Positions 40,639 through 50,723 of a stretch of DNA of 64,000 nucleotides are shown in pieces (positions within the stretch are counted from its first letter, which is position 1; every line of letters begins with the position of its first letter). Under the pieces are notes generated by a model. It saw only the letters and a program-made list of their open reading frames with translations. It did no database searches and was not told the DNA's origin. Where the stretch lies: the NCBI GenBank assembly GCA_965218555.1, contig OZ244625.1, positions 3,397,303 to 3,461,302 of the forward strand. The letters are read 5' to 3'. This stretch comes from Bryobacterales bacterium. GTDB taxonomy: Bacteria; Acidobacteriota; Terriglobia; Bryobacterales; UBA6623. A program made the translations under genes and the position numbers.

Positions 40639-41844
40639 TCAGCCGAGGTCGGGCATGTTCTCCCGGAAAATGCCGATGTCTTTGTCGCCGCGGCCGGAGA
40701 GGTTGATGAGGAACGTCTGCCCTTTCGCATCCGGCGCGCGGCGAATCGCTTCGGCGACGGCGTGGGCGGATTCGAGGGCGGGGATGATGCCTTCGAGGCG
40801 CGAGAGGAGCTTTACGGCTTCCAAGGCGTCTTCGTCAGAACACGAGACATATTCGGCGCGGCCTTGATCGTGCAGCCATGAGTGTTCGGGGCCGACGGTC
40901 GCGTAGTCGAGGCCGGCGGAGACCGAGTGGGTCAGTGCGATCTGGCCGTCGTCGTCCTGCAGGAGATAACTGTAGGTGCCGTGGAGCACTCCCGGACTGC
41001 CGCCGGAGAATCGCGCAGCGTGCTCGCCGAGTCCGAGTCCGCGTCCGCCGGCTTCGATGCCCACCATCTTGACGCTTTCGTCTTCGAGGAACGGATGGAA
41101 GAGGCCGATCGAATTGCTTCCGCCTCCGACGCAGGCCATGAGAACGTCGGGGAGTCCGCCGGTCAGGTCGTGGAATTGACACCTCGCTTCCCTGCCGATC
41201 ACAGAATGAAAATCGCGGACCATGCGCGGATAGGGGTGAGGTCCAAGAGCGGAACCAAGCAGATAGTGCGTTGTTTCGAAATGGGCGACCCAGTCGCGCA
41301 TGGCTTCGCTGATGGCGTCTTTGAGAGTGCGGCTGCCGGTATTGACTCCGATAACCTCAGCGCCCATCAGGCGCATGCGGAAAACATTGGGGCTCTGACG
41401 GCGCATGTCCTCTTCGCCCATGTAGACGATGCATTCGAAGCCGAACAGGGCACAGGCGGCGGCCGTCGCGACACCGTGTTGGCCTGCCCCGGTCTCGGCA
41501 ATGATACGCTTCTTACCCATGCGCTGGACGAGCAGGCCTTGACCGAGGCAGTTGTTGATTTTGTGCGCCCCGGTGTGAAGCAGGTCCTCTCGCTTGAGGT
41601 AGATTTCCGCGCCACCGAGATGTCGGCTTAGCCTCCTGGCGTGGTAGAGAGGCGTGGGACGGCCGGCAAAGCGGCGGAGGAGGTTTTCGAGCTCGTCGTG
41701 AAAGCTATCGTCGGCGCGCGCTTCGTTGTACGCGATTTCAAGTTGATCGAGCGGAGCAACCAGGATTTCCGGAACATAGCGCCCGCCGTAGGGACCGAAG
41801 TGGCCTAAGGCGTCGGGCAGCGCTGTTGTTGTGGTAGTCGCCAT
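40639..41844 (-). CDS. trpB: Tryptophan synthase beta chain
   Basis: [39 protein letters not shown]. Confidence 0.98.
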   Translation of the reverse strand: MATTTTTALPDALGHFGPYGGRYVPEILVAPLDQLEIAYNEARADDSFHDELENLLRRFAGRPTPLYHARRLSRHLGGAEIYLKREDLLHTGAHKINNCLGQGLLVQRMGKKRIIAETGAGQHGVATAAACALFGFECIVYMGEEDMRRQSPNVFRMRLMGAEVIGVNTGSRTLKDAISEAMRDWVAHFETTHYLLGSALGPHPYPRMVRDFHSVIGREARCQFHDLTGGLPDVLMACVGGGSNSIGLFHPFLEDESVKMVGIEAGGRGLGLGEHAARFSGGSPGVLHGTYSYLLQDDDGQIALTHSVSAGLDYATVGPEHSWLHDQGRAEYVSCSDEDALEAVKLLSRLEGIIPALESAHAVAEAIRRAPDAKGQTFLINLSGRGDKDIGIFRENMPDLG

Positions 41845-42054
41845 AATCTATCGCTAGTCTCTCAGTTCGGAAGTCGCGTGTGCGCCGGTTCCAGCACCCC
41901 GCCAGGGCTCGGTCTTTTGGGATCTTGATACTCATTGCTGCAGCAATGGGCTTTCATCTCTTTGCCCCGCCGGTAGAGCGGGCACAACATGCTATGCCCA
42001 TATATTGCCGTTCGGGGTTTCCGCTTCAAGTCGGGTTTCTCCAGGACCGGGATG

Positions 42055-42684
42055 TTACGCTTCTTTTCCGGAGAGCGCAGCTTCCAAGTACGCTTTCACC
42101 TTGTCCGGATCTTTCACCCCAGGTCTGCGTTCAAGCCTGGAGCTTGCGTCGACCCCGTGAGGCGCGACTTGCCGCAGAGCCTCGCCGACGTTGTCGCGGT
42201 CTAAGCCACCTGCCAGGATGACGCGGCCGTGCCGCTTCGCCTCCACCGCAATGGACCATGGAAACGTGCGGCCCGTTCCCCCGTAAGCGCCGTTGGAAGC
42301 GGCGTCGAGGAAATAAGCCTCGCAGGGGTAGACTTTCAGGCCGTCAAGGTTGAATCCGGGCGCTACGCGGAAGGCCTTCCAGATTCGAAGGTCGCTCAGC
42401 TTCTCGCAGACCGCCGGGGTCTCATTGCCGTGAAGCTGCACGACGTCGAGCCCAATGAGCGCCGCGATCGTTCGAATCTGCTCCGGCTCTTCGTCAACGA
42501 ACACTCCGACGCGCAGCACTGTCTTCGGCAATACCGCAGCGATCATCGCTGCGTCCTGCGGTGTAACGCAGCGCGGGCTGCCCGAGTAGAAGATAAAGCC
42601 GAGCGCGGTCGCACCCTGCTCGGCTGCGAATCGGGCGTCGCCGGCGTTGGTGATGCCGCAGACTTTGACGATTTCAGGCGGCAC
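42055..42684 (-). CDS. trpF: Phosphoribosylanthranilate isomerase
   Basis: VKVCGIT, QLHGNE, GGTG, LAGGL, GVDASS, PGVKD. Confidence 0.96.
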   Translation of the reverse strand: MPPEIVKVCGITNAGDARFAAEQGATALGFIFYSGSPRCVTPQDAAMIAAVLPKTVLRVGVFVDEEPEQIRTIAALIGLDVVQLHGNETPAVCEKLSDLRIWKAFRVAPGFNLDGLKVYPCEAYFLDAASNGAYGGTGRTFPWSIAVEAKRHGRVILAGGLDRDNVGEALRQVAPHGVDASSRLERRPGVKDPDKVKAYLEAALSGKEA

Positions 42685-43462
42685 CTTTGCGCACCCCCTG
42701 AATCAACCCAGCGAGCGCCGAGCCCGGCGCGGCGCGTTTCATCAGGCTCTCGCCGATGAGAAATCCGCGAAACCCCACACCCATCAGTCGGAGGATGTCG
42801 TCGGCGGAGCGGATGCCGCTCTCGCTGACACTGAGGACGTCGCTGGGGATTTTTTTCGCCAGCTCGAACGATGTGCCGAGCGAGACTTCGAGAGTTTTCA
42901 GATTGCGGTTGTTGACGCCGATCAGATCGGCGCCCGTGGCCAAGGCGCGATCCAACTCCGTTTCGTTGTGGACCTCGACGAGCGCGTCCAACTCGAGATC
43001 GTTCGCTTCTCTCATCAAGTCGACGAGCTCGTAGTCAGTCAAAGCAGCGACGATGAGAAGGATGGCGTCGGCTCCGGCGGCCGCCGCCTGGATCAAGTGA
43101 TAGCGATCAAACGAGAAGTCCTTGCGTAACACGGGAAGGCTCGTCGTCGCGCGAGCGGCTTCCAGGTCTGCGAGCGAGCCTTGGAAGAATTGGGGATCGG
43201 TGAGGACCGAGAGCGCCGCCGCCCCACCGGCTTCGTAGCCGGCCGCGATGGCGGCCGGGTCGAACTCGCCGGCGATCACGCCCGCGGACGGCGAGGCTTT
43301 CTTGATCTCGGAGATGATGGCAGGCCGGGCCATTTCCAGAGCTTCCCGAAAGGGTCGGCGTTCCGGACGAGGCAGTGCTTCGATTTCGTCGAGCGGTGTC
43401 TGAGCCTGTTCGAGGAGCAGCTCAGCGCGTTTGCGCGCCATGATCTGGTCCAGCACCGTCAT
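42674..43462 (-). CDS. trpC: Indole-3-glycerol phosphate synthase
   Basis: EIKKASPS, SVLTD, LRKDF, GVNNRNL, SESGI. Confidence 0.97.
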   Translation of the reverse strand: MTVLDQIMARKRAELLLEQAQTPLDEIEALPRPERRPFREALEMARPAIISEIKKASPSAGVIAGEFDPAAIAAGYEAGGAAALSVLTDPQFFQGSLADLEAARATTSLPVLRKDFSFDRYHLIQAAAAGADAILLIVAALTDYELVDLMREANDLELDALVEVHNETELDRALATGADLIGVNNRNLKTLEVSLGTSFELAKKIPSDVLSVSESGIRSADDILRLMGVGFRGFLIGESLMKRAAPGSALAGLIQGVRKGAA

Positions 43463-43609
43463 TGCGGCTGCACGCATCACAACGTCCTCGCGGAAAGCAG
43501 AATGCGGGGGAGATCTCTCATCGTATCCAGCAGGCGGAAGGCCGTCAACGAACCAGGAAGTAAGGGTTTCATGGCTCGATGCAAACCTTGACCTTGGGTG
43601 TCTGCTTGT

Positions 43610-45812
43610 CTACCGCGACGGGGAAGTCGTCAGCCTGGGAATCGAGACGAAGCGCCCGCTCGCGTCAAACTGAAGTCCGAGGCCGCCGATCCTGCCGTCC
43701 GGGGCCGTGCGGAATTCGAGGACGCCACGCTTCCTATGTGGACCCAATCCGAATCCCAGATCGTAAGGTTGATCGCCGCCGGCGCGGAAGCGTTGCCATT
43801 CATCAGCGCTACGCCGACTTGGGATCCGTTTGCATTGTTGAAGGGCAGCAGGAGCGAGGGTGCGAGCGCCGGAAGGAGGTCAGTGGGAATGCCGGGTGAC
43901 TTGAAATGCTCGACCGTCGCATAGCTCGTCACAGGGCCCGGATGGAGGATCTCGGCCCAGCCCACGAGTGCCGCTGCGTGTTCACCGGGCGTTCTCACGT
44001 GAAGCGACGACCAAGGCGGGATCGTTTCGCTGATTTCGGCGGCGCTCAGCTCTTCTGAGCGACCGAGTGAATCGAGAGTGAGGGGCACAGTCAGCGGTTC
44101 CCCCGCATCGGACCGGAACACGATCCTCACGCTTGCCTCAGACGGTGACGGGTTGAGCAGATGCAGATGGGTCTTCCAGCTTCCGCCGGAGGCGATCTGA
44201 GGAAGGACAAGGCGTTGCGGATCTCCATCGGGCTCGATGGTGAGAATGAGCTCGGCGGCGGCTGTTTGCGAATCGCTACCCACAACACTCAAGGTGGATA
44301 GGAATGCGCCGGTAGCCGCCAGGGTGCCCGAGAGGAGGCCTTGCGAATCGAGTTGCAGGCCGGGCGGCAGCATCCCATCAGCCACACGCTAGGCATACGG
44401 CGGCTTGCCTCCACGGGCGGTGAGAGGCTGCGAGTGAGTACGCCCCGCCGTTCCACTCGGTAGCCGCGCCGGCGACGTGATCTCAAGCCGGGGCGGGATG
44501 CGCTCGTCTGGGACGAGAACCGTGTAGCGCTGCGTCGCCAAGCGGGTGGGCGAGGAACTGTCGGACACCGCAATCGTCGGGGTGAAGACACCGGAAGCTC
44601 GCAGTTCCCCGCTGAGTAGACCCGAGGGCGCCAGCGTGAGGTCGGGAGGCAGATCCTCGGCGGACCAGCGATACGGCGGCCGGCCTCGCACTGCTTCCAA
44701 CTGCTGGCGATACGTCGTTCCCCTTTCGGTCGTGGGGCGTATCGAAGAGGTTGCGATCGAGATATCCCGGTCTTGGGCGTTCGGGTTCGAGTCGGCCTTT
44801 CGGACACAACTCTGCGGGGTCAGTCCGCGCGAGAAATGATGCTCCGAGCAGGGCTCCGCAGTCATCACCGCGAACATCTGCGTGGGAGTCATCTCACCGC
44901 TGAGAATCGCCTGTTCGTCAAAGCCGTGTACACGGTCGATGAAGCCGCGGTCCCAGTCGGCCTTCGCATCGAAGTTCACCCCGAACCTGCGGTCCACGAA
45001 GACATTGACGACGTTTCCGAATGCAACGAAGAGATGAAAGTCAAAACGTTCGAGCAGCAGGGACAGGATGTCTTGTGCGCGGATGCCTTCGAAGAGCCCT
45101 CCACCGAACAATCGTAGTCGATGTACTCCTCCTCGTAACGATCGAAAACGCGGTTGTATCGGTACTCGATCGGCATTTCCCGCCAGAACCGTTGTACCGC
45201 CTCGAGAGCTTCCGGCCAACGTTGGTGGCCATTGCGGCCGATCATGTCGCTTGTCACGAAGTAGCCTCCCGGCCGCAGGGAGCGTTTGACCTCATCCAAC
45301 AATGTCTCGAGAGCGACGACGTGATGCAGCGACTGGTTGGCGATGACCGCCGTGTATTGCCTGTTCGCCTGCCAGCGGTTGAAGTCGGCTTCCGTGAATC
45401 TGAAACAGCCGGCAAACCCGGCTTCTTCGGCTTGAGCGCGCCCGCGGATGAGCATCGCCGGGTTCACATCGAGGCATTCGATCGTGAACTTCTTGACTCC
45501 GGACTCGCAGAGCATCCGTGCCACACGGATCTCGGCGTCGCAGTTGCCTGAGCCGATGCTCAAGAATACGGGAGACGTGTCGCCGGTTTTGTCAGCGGCT
45601 TGCGCGAGGTACTCGGCGTAGAGTTCCTCGGCGATCGTGAACCCGTATTCCTCGGCCATGGGTCGGACGTAGGTATCCACCCAATAGTGGAAGATGGGCG
45701 GCAGGTCATGCACGTCATCCAGGTTGCGAAAGTGGTCTTGTTCTTTTTCGAGCTTCTTCTGATAGTCATCGGACCCGGGTTCAGAGCAGGTCGGCCTGGC
45801 AGCGGATGACAT
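43610..45812 (-). pseudogene. SAM-dependent methyltransferase fused to two putative Ig (He_PIG) domains and an acidobacterial C-terminal domain; disrupted
   Basis: SIGSGNC/SLHH methyltransferase part. Frameshift near 45095 (DCSVEG|FEGIRAQDI), TAG at 44389-44391 in PPYA*RV (W expected), and a deletion/frameshift near 43735 before KRGVLEF...GLQFD..G.FVSIP. Confidence 0.8.
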
Positions 45813-45925
45813 TGAGGGAAAACGGCCGAGCGGAGTTCATGACCGTCGAGAACGTATGATACTGCCGGTCGCGACATCCGCGCCTGTGTGCTGGCGGTGT
45901 CGCGTTTCGATAAACTGACACTATC

Positions 45926-47326
45926 GTGTCGCAACAGAGAACATTGTTTCAAAAAATCTGGGACGAACATGTCATCGTCCACAAGTCCGAGAGCCCGGCC
46001 GTCCTGTATATCGATCTCCACCTCGTGCATGAGGTGACCTCGCCGCAGGCCTTCCAAGGGTTGCGCGACAAGGGGTTGAAGGTGCGGCGACCGGATCATA
46101 CGCAGGCTACATTGGACCACAGCATTCCGACGACGGACCGCACGCTACCGATCGTCGACCCGATCGCTGCCAGGCAGGTCGACCAATTGCGGATCAACTG
46201 CAAGGAGTTCGGCGTGCCGCTTGAAGACCTGGGCAGCGAGGGTCAGGGTATCGTCCACGTGATCAGCCCGGAACTGGGCTTGACACAGCCGGGCATGACG
46301 GTTGTGTGCGGCGACAGCCATACTGCGACGCACGGGGCGTTCGGGGCGCTGGCGTTCGGGATCGGGACGACAGAAGTCGAGCACGTTCTCGCAACGCAGT
46401 GCCTGCTCCAGAACAAGCCTCAGACCTATGAAGTGCGCTTCGAGGGTGCGCTGCCGAAAGGCGTCAGTGCGAAGGACCTCATCCTGGCGCTGATCGCGAA
46501 GATCGGTGTCAGCGGTGGAACCGGGCATGTTCTCGAATACACCGGCGAGGCGATTCGCTCGCTTTCGATGGAAGGCCGCATGACGGTCTGCAACATGTCG
46601 ATCGAAGGCGGTGCGCGGGCGGGCATGATCGCACCCGATGACAAGACATTCGAATATTTGGCGGGCCGCCCGAAGGCTCCGCACGGGAAAGCCTGGGACG
46701 ACGCGCTGTCTCGCTGGCGGCAGCTTCCGACCGATGAGGGCGCAAAGTACGACAAACAGGTTTCGATCGACGCGGCCGCTCTTGAGCCGATGATCACCTA
46801 CGGGACTAACCCCGGAATGGGCGTGCCGATCACACAGCCCGTCCCGGACCCATCGACCGCGGCGAACGGCGAGTCCATTCGGAAGGCGCTCGACTACATG
46901 GCTCTTGAGCCGGGTAAGCCGCTGTTGGGGCATCCAGTGGACGTGGTATTCATCGGAAGCTGCACGAACTCGCGGATCTCCGATCTGCGGGAAGCGGCTT
47001 CGCTGATCAAGGGCCGCAAGATCAACCCCCATGTGCGCATGCTCGTCGTGCCAGGCTCGGAGAAGACCAAAAAGCAAGCCGAAGCAGAAAACCTGCCGGA
47101 GATCTTCCGGTCGGCCGGCGCGGAATGGCGCGAAGCAGGGTGCAGCATGTGCATCGCGATGAACGGCGATCAGCTCAGCCCCGGACAATATTGCGTCAGC
47201 ACGAGCAATCGGAACTTTGAAGGGCGCCAGGGCAAGGGCGGCCGCACTTTCCTGGCAAGCCCGCTGACGGCCGCCGCCGCCGCTGTGAGCGGAGCGATTA
47301 CCGACGCTCGGACATTGATGCAATAG
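45926..47326 (+). CDS. leuC: 3-isopropylmalate dehydratase large subunit
   Basis: [37 protein letters not shown]. Confidence 0.98.
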   Translation: MSQQRTLFQKIWDEHVIVHKSESPAVLYIDLHLVHEVTSPQAFQGLRDKGLKVRRPDHTQATLDHSIPTTDRTLPIVDPIAARQVDQLRINCKEFGVPLEDLGSEGQGIVHVISPELGLTQPGMTVVCGDSHTATHGAFGALAFGIGTTEVEHVLATQCLLQNKPQTYEVRFEGALPKGVSAKDLILALIAKIGVSGGTGHVLEYTGEAIRSLSMEGRMTVCNMSIEGGARAGMIAPDDKTFEYLAGRPKAPHGKAWDDALSRWRQLPTDEGAKYDKQVSIDAAALEPMITYGTNPGMGVPITQPVPDPSTAANGESIRKALDYMALEPGKPLLGHPVDVVFIGSCTNSRISDLREAASLIKGRKINPHVRMLVVPGSEKTKKQAEAENLPEIFRSAGAEWREAGCSMCIAMNGDQLSPGQYCVSTSNRNFEGRQGKGGRTFLASPLTAAAAAVSGAITDARTLMQ

Positions 47327-47337
47327 GGGTTCTCAAG

Positions 47338-47943
47338 ATGCAGGCAATCAACACCTTCGCTGGCAAGGCCATCGCGCTGCCCGTCAAGGATATCGATACG
47401 GATCAGATCATTCCAGCGCGTTTTCTCAAGACCGTTGACAAGCGGGGTCTGGGCAAGAACCTGTTCAACGATTGGCGATACCTCGAAGGCGGCAGTCCGA
47501 ATCCGGCATTCCTCTTGAATCAGCCCCGCGCCGAGGGCGCTGTGATTTTAGTTGCCGGAGACAACTTCGGATGCGGCAGTTCGCGTGAGCATGCGCCCTG
47601 GGCGCTGATGGGGTTTGGATTCCAGGCCGTGATCAGCACATCCTTTGCCGATATTTTCCAGATCAACTGTCTCAAGAACGGGTTGCTGCCGATCATCGTG
47701 GACGAAGCGGCGCACGCCGATCTGCTCGCATCGGCGGGCGGCGATGAACCGATCGAGCTGGGAGTGGACTTGCCAAACCAAGTCGTGCGATTGCCGGACG
47801 GCCGAACGGCGTCGTTCCCGATCGATGCGTTTTCCAAAAAGTGCTTGCTTGCGGGTATGGACCAGCTCGACTATTTGCTGCATCAGGACGCAGCCGTTTC
47901 GATGTATGAAGCGAGTCATCTGGAGCGCGTGAGCACGCTCTGA
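47338..47943 (+). CDS. leuD: 3-isopropylmalate dehydratase small subunit
   Basis: DTDQIIPARFL, NFGCGSSREHAPWAL. Confidence 0.98.
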   Translation: MQAINTFAGKAIALPVKDIDTDQIIPARFLKTVDKRGLGKNLFNDWRYLEGGSPNPAFLLNQPRAEGAVILVAGDNFGCGSSREHAPWALMGFGFQAVISTSFADIFQINCLKNGLLPIIVDEAAHADLLASAGGDEPIELGVDLPNQVVRLPDGRTASFPIDAFSKKCLLAGMDQLDYLLHQDAAVSMYEASHLERVSTL

Positions 47944-48237
47944 AGCCTCTCCGCCACCCGACGAGGTGCCCCGCATTCCCGGCAGGTGAAAGAGTAAAGG
48001 CACCTTCCGTCCGGCCGCAGAATATACCCTTTTCGGCCTTGGTCCGCGCGCTTCCGGACCTTCAAGATCGGGCCATGGACGGTTGCATCAAAGAGGCGCG
48101 CGCGGTGGGGTCGCAGATGGTCTGCCTAGTCTGCGAACGCATGGATGACAGGAACGCGTTTCGAGGTGTGGTCGAAACCGGCAATGGAATGAACTTCAGG
48201 AACGTTCCGGACGAGAGCGTCTGTTACTATCTTCGGG

Positions 48238-49719
48238 ATGCCCACGGACCAGGACCAAGAAGTTCGAGAGAAAGCCTCCCGGTTTTTTCCACGTTGGGAA
48301 GAGGCGGACCTGCCGCAAGCGCCGGAGATCACGCTGAAGAGTTGGACCGCCCTGATCGGGCCCGGCGTGCTGATGGTGGGCAGCAACATCGGCGGCGGGG
48401 AATGGTTGTTCGGTCCGATCGTGACGGCCCGCTACGGCGGGTCGCTGATGTGGATCGCGACGGTCAGCATCGCCTGCCAGGTGTTCTACAACCTTTCGAT
48501 CATGCGGTACACGCTCTATACGGGCGAGCCGATTTTCGTGGGCTTCTTCCGGACGAAGCCGGGGCCGAAGTTCTGGAGTGTGCTTTATCTCCTGCTGGAT
48601 CTGGGAGGGATATGGCCTTACCTGGCATCGAATGCCGCGGTCCCTTTGGCGGCGGTGATACTGGGACATCTGCCCGGCGCCGAAGACGACGCTTTGGTTC
48701 GGAACCTGAGCTATGTCATTTTCCTCAGTGTTCTCACACCGCTGATTTTCGGCGGCAAGATCTACAACGCCATCGAGCGCATGATGGTGACGAAGCTGGT
48801 GGTTGTGTTGGGGTATCTGACGTTCGTCGGCGTGGTGATGGTCAGCCAGGAGTCGTGGGTCGACATCTTTACGGGCTTCTTCAAGTTCGGGTCGCTGCCG
48901 GAGGGCGACATCGATTGGGCGACGCTCGCGGCGTTCGCGGCCATTGCGGGCGCGGGCGGCTTGTCGAATATGAATTTCTCGAACTATACGCGCGAGAAGG
49001 GCTGGGGGATGGGCTCGCTGGTCGGTGCGATTCCGAGCATGGTCGGGGGCAAGACGATCCGGCTCTCGCACGTGGGCAAAGTGTTTCCGCTGAGTCAGGG
49101 GAACGTCCGGCGCTGGAAGGGCTGGATCCTGCATATCGTCCGTGATCAGGTTGCGATCTGGTCGGTGGGCTGCGTTTTGGGGATGGCGTTGCCGTCGTTG
49201 CTCTCACTGGAGTTCATCCCTGGGGCGGAGGTCGAGGGCCACGCCGCGGCGGCGATGACGGCGCGCGGCATCGCCAACAGCTATGGAGAGGTTTTCTGGT
49301 ACCTGACGTTGTTGATGGGCTTTATCGTTCTCGCGCCGGGGCAGATGTCGGACATTGACGGCATCGTACGGCGCTGGACGGACGTGATCTGGACCGGCAG
49401 CCAACGGGCCCGCAAGATGGAAGGCCATCAGGTGCGGAACGTCTACTACTCGATCCTGTTGTGCTACGTGGTCTGGGGATTGATCGCTTTGCGGTTGACG
49501 CCGAACCCACTGGTTCTCGCGATCGTGACAGGATCGCTGCGTAACATCGGTCTGGGGATTACGTCGCTCCATGCCCTCTATATCAACCACCATCTTTTGC
49601 CACGCGATCTGCGGCCGCCCTGGTATTTGCAGGCGGGTCTGGTGGCGGCGTTCTTTTTCTTCATGGGCATTTCGTCGATTGCGTTCCATCAGAAATGGAT
49701 ACAGTTGATGGGTTCGTAG
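48238..49719 (+). CDS. Nramp-like (APC superfamily) membrane transporter
   Basis: IGPG......IGGGEW..GP, RYTL.TGE, about 11 TM segments. Confidence 0.8.
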   Translation: MPTDQDQEVREKASRFFPRWEEADLPQAPEITLKSWTALIGPGVLMVGSNIGGGEWLFGPIVTARYGGSLMWIATVSIACQVFYNLSIMRYTLYTGEPIFVGFFRTKPGPKFWSVLYLLLDLGGIWPYLASNAAVPLAAVILGHLPGAEDDALVRNLSYVIFLSVLTPLIFGGKIYNAIERMMVTKLVVVLGYLTFVGVVMVSQESWVDIFTGFFKFGSLPEGDIDWATLAAFAAIAGAGGLSNMNFSNYTREKGWGMGSLVGAIPSMVGGKTIRLSHVGKVFPLSQGNVRRWKGWILHIVRDQVAIWSVGCVLGMALPSLLSLEFIPGAEVEGHAAAAMTARGIANSYGEVFWYLTLLMGFIVLAPGQMSDIDGIVRRWTDVIWTGSQRARKMEGHQVRNVYYSILLCYVVWGLIALRLTPNPLVLAIVTGSLRNIGLGITSLHALYINHHLLPRDLRPPWYLQAGLVAAFFFFMGISSIAFHQKWIQLMGS

Positions 49720-49835
49720 CTCGATGGGATCCGGTCGAATCGCGTTGCACTAGAGTAGAAAAGTCGGCCATTCGCCCACCTGGGTGACATGCCAAACTAC
49801 GCCGCAGGAAGTTGCCCGCCCCACTGCGACACCGG

Positions 49836-50711
49836 ATGAGAACCCGCTCCCTCACTGCCTGCTTGCTCCTGAACCTTCTCGTCTCCTGCGGCGGCAGCCG
49901 TCCCGATATCATCATCGGCTCGAAGAACTTCAGTGAAAACGTCCTGCTTGGCGAGATGCTTGCTCAGCACATTGAGGCACGGACCGATCTTAGCGTCGGC
50001 CGACGGTTGAGTCTCGGCGGCACCTTCATCTGCCATCAGGCCATGCTCTCCGGCGACCTGGACATCTATCCCGAATATACCGGCACCGCTTTGGCCGCGA
50101 TCCTCGAGAAGCCGGTCATGCAAGACCGTGACGCCGTATTTCAGGAAGTCGACTCGACGTATCGCAGCAAGTTTGCTCTTCAGTGGATGAAGCCTTTGGG
50201 TTTCAACAACACCTACGCGATGGTCGTTCGCGCCGAGGATGCCGAGCGCGACGGACTCCGCACCGTTTCCGACTTCGCCCGGGTCAGCGCCGACCGCACG
50301 ATCGGATTCAGCTTCGAATTCGCCGAGCGGCAGGACGGCTATCAAGGGTTTATCGAAACCTATGAAATGAAGTTCAACAGGGCGCCGAAGACCGTCGACC
50401 TGGCCCTCATCTACCGGGCTCTTCGCGATGGCGAGATCGATCTCGGAGTCGGCAACTCGACGGATGGATTGATCCAGTCCTTGAATCTGATCATCCTCGA
50501 AGACGACCGCCGCTACTTTCCACCCTATGACGCGGCGGCTGTCGTGCGGCAAGCAGCACTCGACCGGTTTCCCAAGCTACTGGCAGTGGTGAACGAACTC
50601 GGCGGCCTCTTCAGCGAACCGGACATGCAGAAGGCCAATCTTGACATCGACGGCAACCACCTGCCCGTGGCTCAGGTCGCTGCCGAGCTCCTCGCCGCAA
50701 AAGGTTTATAG
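49836..50711 (+). CDS. Glycine betaine/osmoprotectant ABC substrate-binding lipoprotein (OpuCC/OsmF-like)
   Basis: Lipobox LVSC, GSKNFSE, YPEYTGT, GFNNTYA, LEDD..YFPPY. Confidence 0.93.
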   Translation: MRTRSLTACLLLNLLVSCGGSRPDIIIGSKNFSENVLLGEMLAQHIEARTDLSVGRRLSLGGTFICHQAMLSGDLDIYPEYTGTALAAILEKPVMQDRDAVFQEVDSTYRSKFALQWMKPLGFNNTYAMVVRAEDAERDGLRTVSDFARVSADRTIGFSFEFAERQDGYQGFIETYEMKFNRAPKTVDLALIYRALRDGEIDLGVGNSTDGLIQSLNLIILEDDRRYFPPYDAAAVVRQAALDRFPKLLAVVNELGGLFSEPDMQKANLDIDGNHLPVAQVAAELLAAKGL

Positions 50712-50723
50712 AAAAGGCGACTC

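Noticed and set aside
44389-44391. In-frame TAG as pyrrolysine or recoded stop
   Set aside because: The position corresponds to a conserved Trp (TGG>TAG), the gene has other lesions, and TAG is a normal stop in many genes here.
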